Both the position numbers and the translations under genes were made by a program. A stretch of 64,000 nt of DNA from positions 1-64,000 of IMG/VR virus record IMGVR_UViG_3300011336_000243. One strand, 5' to 3'. Source of the stretch: a virus. Lineage: Duplodnaviria; Caudoviricetes. How positions within the stretch are numbered: position 1 is the stretch's first letter; each line of letters opens with the position of its first letter. Below the pieces are notes generated by a model that was not told the origin of the DNA, ran no database searches, and saw only the letters and a list, made by a program, of their open reading frames with translations. Positions 1 through 5,641 of the stretch are shown piece by piece.

Positions 1-2
1 AC

Positions 3-269
3 GGAGCTAAAGTTACAGATTTACCATTACTAATGGCGCATGAAAGTCCGGAGTGGAGTACCTGCAAGCATAGATATATTTACACTCATCATATTCATCA
101 CAAGATGAGTAAAGATTATATGAGTGTTTGCGTAGAGAGTTTAAGAAGCCCAAGCGGTGCGGATGGGTGGCATCATAGAAAAGGTTATCAGCATGCACCT
201 AAAGCTATAGAAGCTTTTATACACCATAAAGAACATGGTCAAGTAGCTAAACTAATCCACTTATTTTAA
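3..269 (+). CDS. Calcineurin-like metallophosphoesterase, C-terminal part (5'-truncated by window edge)
   Basis: Frame is open from nt 3 (GAKVTDLPLLMAHESPEW...RYIYTHHIHH), so the ATG at 33 is internal; the His-rich GH/HH-type motif and C-terminal pattern resemble phage metallophosphoesterases. Confidence 0.55.
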   Translation, partial: GAKVTDLPLLMAHESPEWSTCKHRYIYTHHIHHKMSKDYMSVCVESLRSPSGADGWHHRKGYQHAPKAIEAFIHHKEHGQVAKLIHLF

Positions 270-270
270 C

Positions 271-468
271 ATGATAAAGATGACATTTACAACAGATTGC
301 AAAGATGAAGCTAAGGTACTTTTACACGCAGTAGAAAAGGCAATAGCTGTATCTGAACTAAAACAAAAACTAAGATATGGTTTAAAAGAACTTGACTTTG
401 GAGAAAACCATAACTACATTGAGCAGTTGTATTCTTTGATTTGCGAGATTGATAGTATAGGAGAATAA
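271..468 (+). CDS. Hypothetical protein (65 aa)
   Basis: Tightly packed + strand ORF starting 1 nt after the previous stop. Confidence 0.7.
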   Translation: MIKMTFTTDCKDEAKVLLHAVEKAIAVSELKQKLRYGLKELDFGENHNYIEQLYSLICEIDSIGE

Positions 469-608
469 CAACAGTACCACGATGCTTCCCGTAAGAACAG
501 CACACTTCCTGTGGTCTTTTTCTCACGTAAACGAATAGCCCAAGGCATAAGTTAAGGTGAATTACCAAACCTCTCTGTGGTAGACGTACTGCATGATGTT
601 TGGGACAT

Positions 609-713
609 AGTCAGGTGGCGGAATGGTAGACGCTAACATCTCTTAAGGTATTAGGGTATAAACGAAAAGAGAGAACGACCCTTACCATGCAGGTTCGATT
701 CCTGTCCTGACTA
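609..713 (+). tRNA. Non-canonical tRNA-like element (class II Leu/Tyr-type D arm, aberrant 55-nt anticodon/variable region)
   Basis: Acceptor AGTCAGG(609-615)/CCTGACT(706-712), A73 at 713; D arm GCG-GAATGGTAGA-CGC; T arm GCAGG-TTCGATT-CCTGT; no canonical 5-bp/7-nt anticodon arm. Confidence 0.75.
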
Positions 714-729
714 CTAATTAGAAACAAAT

Positions 730-1251
730 ATGAGCAGAAAAGAATACCTTATTTCTCAGGAGCGAGAAACCGCATTAACTCTAGAACTAGCAGAAAGACT
801 ACTTAGAGCAAACTTTAATGCAAGTAATACAGTAATAGTAACTGTATCAATGGACTATTCATCTAATGTAGGTCAGCTGTTACGACACGCACTAACAAAA
901 GATGGAGAAGTTTGTGATGGATTTGGTATAGACGTGCCTTATCCTGATGAAACCTGGGATGGAAGATATGCATACGAGCTATCGTCTTTATTAAGCATGT
1001 ATCACTACAAGCTGAACAACAAGAAGATACTTTTAGTTGAGGCTGGTGTTATTCGAGGTTCAAACTATAAGTTTGTAATAGAATGCCTTAAAACAAAGTT
1101 AAACCTACCGAATGTAATATATACGCTTGCTTTGTTTGAGAACGAGCACTCAGCGTTTAAGTCTGGCTTTGTTGGGGAGTTCTATGACAACGAAACGGAA
1201 GACTTAACCTTTTGGTGGGAGAAAGAAAACAATCACTGGACAAATGGATAA
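730..1251 (+). CDS. Type I phosphoribosyltransferase-like protein
   Basis: KKILLVEAGVIRGSNY aligns with the PRPP-binding loop (hhhhDD...TG) after a beta strand; C-terminal F.GEFY...LTFWWE resembles the xanthine/hypoxanthine PRT ending ..FPWE. Confidence 0.6.
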   Translation: MSRKEYLISQERETALTLELAERLLRANFNASNTVIVTVSMDYSSNVGQLLRHALTKDGEVCDGFGIDVPYPDETWDGRYAYELSSLLSMYHYKLNNKKILLVEAGVIRGSNYKFVIECLKTKLNLPNVIYTLALFENEHSAFKSGFVGEFYDNETEDLTFWWEKENNHWTNG

Positions 1252-1459
1252 GATGAAACAAACAGCAGTAGAGTGGTTAGAACATGAGTTAATTGCATTA
1301 CAAAATTATGGGGTGAATGAACTTGGTTTAATTGAAAAAGCCAAAGCAATGGAGAAAAAGCAGATAATGGATTCACATAATCAAGGATATGCTGATGGCT
1401 ATAGAGATAATGGTAATAGTCCAATAGAATACTACAACGAAACCTTTAAAAATAAATAA
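1244..1459 (+). CDS. Small phage hypothetical protein (KQTAVEWL...AKAMEKKQI family)
   Basis: Overlaps the previous stop; pattern typical of small early Bacteroidota-phage proteins. Confidence 0.75.
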   Translation: MDKMKQTAVEWLEHELIALQNYGVNELGLIEKAKAMEKKQIMDSHNQGYADGYRDNGNSPIEYYNETFKNK

Positions 1460-1460
1460 G

Positions 1461-1676
1461 ATGACAGCAAAAGACAAAGCAGAGCAATTAGTTGATAAAA
1501 TGTATATGCCTGAAAACATATATCAAGGGCATGAACTTGCCAAACAATGCGCAATTATAGCAGTAGATGAGATAATAAAAGCTAAAACTAAAATATTAGA
1601 TAAAGGCGATGGATGGCAATTAGTTGAATCTAATATTTATTGGCAAGAAGTCAAACAAGAAATAGAAAACTTATGA
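1461..1676 (+). CDS. Small phage hypothetical protein (MTAKDKA...AKQCAIIAVDEII...YWQEVKQEI family)
   Basis: Packed ORF with a recurrent small phage-protein pattern. Confidence 0.75.
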   Translation: MTAKDKAEQLVDKMYMPENIYQGHELAKQCAIIAVDEIIKAKTKILDKGDGWQLVESNIYWQEVKQEIENL

Positions 1677-1837
1677 AACTAACATTAGATAACATCAAAA
1701 ATATACTTGAAAAAGAGTATGGTTGGTTTCATCTGGATTCAGAAACTTATCAATGGCTTATTGATGAGTTGATTAAAGACACCCTAAAGATTATTGATGA
1801 TAAATTAAAGTACCATAAAAACATATCAATAAGATGA
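1673..1837 (+). CDS. Hypothetical protein (start revised to ATG 1673, MKLTLDN)
   Basis: ATGA overlap with the upstream stop, in frame with the 1640 ORF. Confidence 0.65.
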   Translation: MKLTLDNIKNILEKEYGWFHLDSETYQWLIDELIKDTLKIIDDKLKYHKNISIR

Positions 1838-2037
1838 AACAGAAAACACTAAAAAAGCTACAGGAGCTATACCCTGAACAAGTCTTCAGAGAAGGAGACT
1901 TCACAATTAGATGGAACGTAAATAGTCTATGCTTAGACGACTTAGACAAACTTTCTATGATAGAAGGAATGTACACAGACTTACTAGTAAAAAGAAGTGG
2001 GACTGGTATAGTAGTAATCTTAAACTTTGAAGAGTAG
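1834..2037 (+). CDS. Hypothetical protein (67 aa)
   Basis: ATGA overlap with the upstream stop. Confidence 0.7.
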   Translation: MKQKTLKKLQELYPEQVFREGDFTIRWNVNSLCLDDLDKLSMIEGMYTDLLVKRSGTGIVVILNFEE

Positions 2038-2430
2038 TTATTTAAACCTACTCATGTATTTAAGTTGAGCACCTACGCCACTTAACTCTTGAGCTAAGTT
2101 CTCTATGTCACAGTATTCTTTAACTTCAGCAAAGTCTTCTAGTCTTTCGGCTATGCCCATAATGCTAATAGCTAAGCTACGTGGTTCCATAGGAGATACT
2201 GTCCCTATGCTAAGATTAGCAGGATCTACTTCTGAGTAGCCTATTAACTTTTCAGTGATAGTATCTACTAAATCCTCAATAGCATCATAAGTTTTACCAA
2301 AGGCTTCATGCGCAGCAAAAGACTTAGTTACGTAGTGAGATAACTTAGATGTAAGAAGTACTTTATGCAATTCTGTATACACTGTTTGTGGTGTATAATC
2401 GGTTGAGATTTTTAAACGAGTCTTTTCCAT
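2038..2430 (-). CDS. Ferritin/Dps-like four-helix protein (DUF5856-like)
   Basis: LSHYVTKSFAAHEAFGKTYDAIEDLVDTITEKLIGY matches the H..T...A.H.A....Y....D..D...E pattern of phage Dps-like proteins; has its own promoter. Confidence 0.65.
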   Translation of the reverse strand: MEKTRLKISTDYTPQTVYTELHKVLLTSKLSHYVTKSFAAHEAFGKTYDAIEDLVDTITEKLIGYSEVDPANLSIGTVSPMEPRSLAISIMGIAERLEDFAEVKEYCDIENLAQELSGVGAQLKYMSRFK

Positions 2431-2434
2431 CCCA

Positions 2435-2442
2435 CAAAGATA
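2435..2442 (-). promoter_or_regulatory. Bacteroidota sigma-70 -7 element TATCTTTG
   Basis: Matches TAnnTTTG; 4 nt upstream of the ATG at 2430. Confidence 0.65.
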
Positions 2443-2447
2443 ATAAC

Positions 2448-2510
2448 TTTACACGATATTGTCTTCGGACATGTGTAAAAGTAAGAGAAGGTTAGGGGTT
2501 TCCTTCTCTT
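2448..2510 (+). other. Two tandem hairpins (cUUCGg-capped hairpin 2448-2479; 9-bp hairpin 2483-2510)
   Basis: TTTACAC/GTGTAAA enclosing TGTC-TTCG-GACA; AAGAGAAGG/CCTTCTCTT. Confidence 0.6.
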
Positions 2511-2513
2511 CGA

Positions 2514-2583
2514 CGTTTAGTAGTACAATGTAGTACGTCTAGTGTGATGCTAGAAAATAGGGGTTCGAGTCCTCTCTTAACGG
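2514..2583 (+). tRNA. Non-canonical tRNA-like element (nominal anticodon TGA, G33, short variable loop)
   Basis: Acceptor CGTTTAG/CTTAACG (6 of 7 bp); D arm GTAC-AATGTA-GTAC; anticodon arm TCTAG-TGTGATG-CTAGA; variable AAAT; T arm AGGGG-TTCGAGT-CCTCT; G73. Confidence 0.7.
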
Positions 2584-2585
2584 CT

Positions 2586-2888
2586 ATGGAAAAACAAGCA
2601 GTACAAGCCATCATAGAAAAGGCTTTTAAAAAGAAAGCGTTCATAACTCTGTTTACATCTGAAGGGCAAATCAGATTTAATACAGACAAAGAAGCTACAA
2701 CAAACTATGAAGATACCTACTTAGAAGTGGTATTAGATGATCAAACTATTCCTGTAGATGATAAGGGAATGACAGAAGTAGTTGATGTGTTTACTCATAT
2801 AGAGTACACTAACATTCAATCTATCACTTACTACGTACCTAGGCTTATTCAACCTGTTCCGAAAGGAAAAATAGTTGGGTTAGCTTAA
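2586..2888 (+). CDS. Hypothetical protein (start revised to ATG 2586, MEKQAVQ)
   Basis: The upstream in-frame part of the listed ORF lies inside the tRNA-like element. Confidence 0.7.
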   Translation: MEKQAVQAIIEKAFKKKAFITLFTSEGQIRFNTDKEATTNYEDTYLEVVLDDQTIPVDDKGMTEVVDVFTHIEYTNIQSITYYVPRLIQPVPKGKIVGLA

Positions 2889-2889
2889 T

Positions 2890-2996
2890 TAGTTGTACGT
2901 AATGCAATAACGCAGTAAAGCGTAGCACTCTCTATAATTCCTGTGACAAGGTTGAGAAATCCAAGTAAAGTCTTGGCGTAATTCATCACACAACTA
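2890..2996 (+). ncRNA. Candidate structured ncRNA (multi-stem)
   Basis: Closing stem TAGTTG/CAACTA, inner stem TGTGA/TCACA, hairpins ACGC-AGTAAA-GCGT and CCAAG-TAAAGT-CTTGG; followed directly by a terminator. Confidence 0.55.
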
Positions 2997-2999
2997 CCT

Positions 3000-3039
3000 A
3001 GCCTATGGCTGAGATTATTCTTGGTCATAGGCTTTTTTT
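3000..3039 (+). terminator. Intrinsic terminator
   Basis: 15-bp stem AGCCTATGGCTGAGA-TTAT-TCTTGGTCATAGGCT (with G-U pairs) followed by a T-run. Confidence 0.85.
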
Positions 3040-3079
3040 CACTTATTAAAGTTTTATCTTGACTATAAAAGATACTATT

Positions 3080-3946
3080 ATGAACACAACTCCTTTAATA
3101 ACAAGGACAGAACGTAAGTCAATGATAATTAGACCATCAGGTAGAAGCAGTGACTTTATTACTCCTTCATTTGACTTTGGCTGTTTAGCTCAATGCACGT
3201 ACTGTTACCTTAAACGATACAAAGAGTCTGGAGTAGATATTGCTACTAATGAACACGGTATTGTGAACTCTGTAATAAGACATCATAAAAAGCTACCATC
3301 TAAAGTTGCTAATCAAACTCATCCTACCAAATGGACTTATGATGTTGGTTGTAACCATGATGTAGCTCTTCAGTGGAAGTATCACGATTATCCTAAGATA
3401 TTTAGTAAGCTGATTAGTTACGACATCTTCCCGACATTTGCAACAAAGTACGTAAACAATAAACTACTTGAGTACAACCCTAAACAACAAGCTAGGATTA
3501 GGTTTAGCTTAATGCCACAGGTAATCAGTAGCGTAGTTGAGCCTAATACTTCACTTATTACAGATAGGATTAAAGCTATTAATGAGTTTACTAAAGCAGG
3601 ATGGGATGTCCACATTAACTTTAGTCCTATTATCATCCATAAGAATTGGTTGACAAACTATACTGCTTTATTTACAGAGATAAACGATATTGTAGAAGAT
3701 AAAGATAAAGTCTTAGCAGAGTGTATTTTTCTTACGCATAATGTTAAGAAGCATGAGGCTAATCTTAAAGTCAATGCAGAAGCAGAGTCTTTACTATGGG
3801 TACCAAATTTTCAAGAATCTAAAACAAGTCAGTATGGAGGAGAGAATATTCGGTACGAAGTAGGATTTAAGCAAAAAGCAATCTACAGTTTTACTAATCT
3901 TCACGACTCTATAATCCCATGGAACAAAATACGCTATATTTTTTAA
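3080..3946 (+). CDS. Spore photoproduct lyase-like radical SAM protein
   Basis: GCLAQCTYCYL (CxxxCxxC plus YL); YDVGCNHD equivalent to SplB FEAACTSD; RFSLMP; HINFSPII; start set at ATG 3080. Confidence 0.8.
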   Translation: MNTTPLITRTERKSMIIRPSGRSSDFITPSFDFGCLAQCTYCYLKRYKESGVDIATNEHGIVNSVIRHHKKLPSKVANQTHPTKWTYDVGCNHDVALQWKYHDYPKIFSKLISYDIFPTFATKYVNNKLLEYNPKQQARIRFSLMPQVISSVVEPNTSLITDRIKAINEFTKAGWDVHINFSPIIIHKNWLTNYTALFTEINDIVEDKDKVLAECIFLTHNVKKHEANLKVNAEAESLLWVPNFQESKTSQYGGENIRYEVGFKQKAIYSFTNLHDSIIPWNKIRYIF

Positions 3947-3964
3947 CCCCTAAACAACCAACTA

Positions 3965-4369
3965 ATGACAGGAATAGTATTAGACGTTAAGTACCGTCCA
4001 GAAGCATCAAGCTATGAAAAGCTAGATCTTTTATCAGGGTTTCACAAAACTCTTGAAAGCTTAGCTATTAAACCACGTGCAGAAGATATGTCTTATAACG
4101 ACTTACTTTATGTACTAAATAGAAATGATGTCTTTTACATGGACTTACCAAACTATAGTAACCAACTCTTACAAAGAGTAATGGAGATACTAAGCACAAA
4201 GTTTAAAAAAATTATTTACACACCTGAGTTGGATTTGCTAATCGACAGCTGGGAAACTTTCTCTAATGATGAGATTAGATCTTCTTGCTTTCGTATGCAT
4301 CTTCACTTAGTACAAAACAGAAACACATTTAAAGATGTTAGTTATCTTTCAAAACGTAGCCACGTATGA
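3965..4369 (+). CDS. Hypothetical protein (134 aa)
   Basis: Operon-packed ORF. Confidence 0.7.
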   Translation: MTGIVLDVKYRPEASSYEKLDLLSGFHKTLESLAIKPRAEDMSYNDLLYVLNRNDVFYMDLPNYSNQLLQRVMEILSTKFKKIIYTPELDLLIDSWETFSNDEIRSSCFRMHLHLVQNRNTFKDVSYLSKRSHV

Positions 4370-4571
4370 TACATACTGTTGGAACGGACATTACCCTGTA
4401 GGAGTTACTCCTTACACACAAGCCTGGAATACTCCAGCAGAAGTCACTGACCAAGAAGTCAGACTCTTTCAAGCTTTAGAGACAAGTAAAGCTAGAACTT
4501 TTGAACTCAAAGAAAGAGGCAAGTTCTCTATTATTTCACGTGTAAAACTACCAGAAGATGATAGGGATTAA
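4335..4571 (+). CDS. Hypothetical protein (78 aa, start uncertain)
   Basis: Fills the gap and overlaps the next start. Confidence 0.6.
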   Translation: MLVIFQNVATYDTYCWNGHYPVGVTPYTQAWNTPAEVTDQEVRLFQALETSKARTFELKERGKFSIISRVKLPEDDRD

Positions 4572-5265
4572 CGGAAAAATCTCGTCGGGAAAAGATACTG
4601 TTGGTAGTATTATAAAGTACTGGCTTAACTACAGAAGTAATCACAAAGCAGGGTCATACAGTTCCTATCTACTTATGGACCATTGGTACAATCCAGGAGA
4701 CTGGGAGATCAAGAAGTTTGCAGGAAAGCTTAAGCAAATAGCTACTCTTCTTACAGGAGTTCCTATAAAGAAATGGGAAGACCAAAGTTTTAAGAAGCAA
4801 GAAATGCCTAGAGTCTGGGAAGTTACTAAGCAAGTCATGGAAGCTGATGAGAATAACCAAGATGGTTACAGCACAGACTTGATGAATTACAGAGAGTTCT
4901 TACAGAAGCTAGGTACAGAAGCAATGCGTAATGGGTTACATGAGAACACGTGGGTAAATGCTTTGTTTGCAGATTATGAAAGTCATTTAAACTGGATTAT
5001 TACAGACATGCGTTTTCCTAACGAGTATGATGCTGTTATAGGAAAACAGGGCATCTGCATAAGAGTAGAAAAGCCATGTCAGTACTGTAATGGATTAGGT
5101 TATCACAAGATAAGTTGTGTTAAACTTTATCAGACTCAGCATGCATCAGAGACAGCCTTAGACAATCATGTATTTGATTACGTGATAAACAACACAGGCA
5201 CGATAGACGACTTAGTAAAAGAAGTCAAAAAGATGCTTTTACATTTTAACTTACTTAAAGCTTAG
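4558..5265 (+). CDS. Deoxynucleoside monophosphate kinase
   Basis: IGINGKISSGKDT P-loop; REFLQKLGTEAMR; WVNAL; IITDMRFPNE; HASE. Confidence 0.9.
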   Translation: MIGINGKISSGKDTVGSIIKYWLNYRSNHKAGSYSSYLLMDHWYNPGDWEIKKFAGKLKQIATLLTGVPIKKWEDQSFKKQEMPRVWEVTKQVMEADENNQDGYSTDLMNYREFLQKLGTEAMRNGLHENTWVNALFADYESHLNWIITDMRFPNEYDAVIGKQGICIRVEKPCQYCNGLGYHKISCVKLYQTQHASETALDNHVFDYVINNTGTIDDLVKEVKKMLLHFNLLKA

Positions 5266-5290
5266 ACAGCTATATCCTCTACAAATAATT

Positions 5291-5641
5291 ATGTCAGCTT
5301 ATCAGCATTGCATAACTATTAACGCCTCAATTCCTTCAGCTACGTTTACTAACCCTTACGTAGTTGATGGATTATCCCCAACACTTACTATTGTACTCGA
5401 CCACAAGTATTACTCCAGAAGTTTAATACGAGAGTACATTAGTAAGTTTGAAGGATTACGCGTAGAAGTTGCACATGAGCCTTTTATAGAAGTGAACAGT
5501 CCTGTTGTCTTAGAACAAATAGATGCACAAAGACTTGTTATAGAAGGAGAACCGTACATAGATGATTTTGGTTTCTATGTCTACGTAAAATGTGAACTTA
5601 GTAACGAACCAAAATTTATAGACTACAGATACGATGATTAA
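5291..5641 (+). CDS. Hypothetical protein (116 aa)
   Basis: ORF overlapping the polA start. Confidence 0.7.
   Translation: MSAYQHCITINASIPSATFTNPYVVDGLSPTLTIVLDHKYYSRSLIREYISKFEGLRVEVAHEPFIEVNSPVVLEQIDAQRLVIEGEPYIDDFGFYVYVKCELSNEPKFIDYRYDD

Noticed and set aside
638-648. Calling element 609-713 tRNA-Lys(CTT) or tRNA-Leu(TAA)
   Set aside because: Suitable 7-nt loops exist but neither has a pairing 5-bp stem.
2890-2996. SAM riboswitch, hammerhead, twister, SRP or 6S identity for the ncRNA
   Set aside because: Lacks the SAM-I core, the CUGAUGA/GAAA hammerhead core, the twister L1 GAG and pseudoknots, and the SRP GGAA loop; too short for 6S.
730-5265. A DNA hypermodification pathway from the PRTase, radical SAM and kinase genes
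   Set aside because: No signature enzymes (PurZ, thymidylate-synthase-like, QueC/D/E, DpdA, glycosyltransferase) are in this window; each gene has a simpler explanation.
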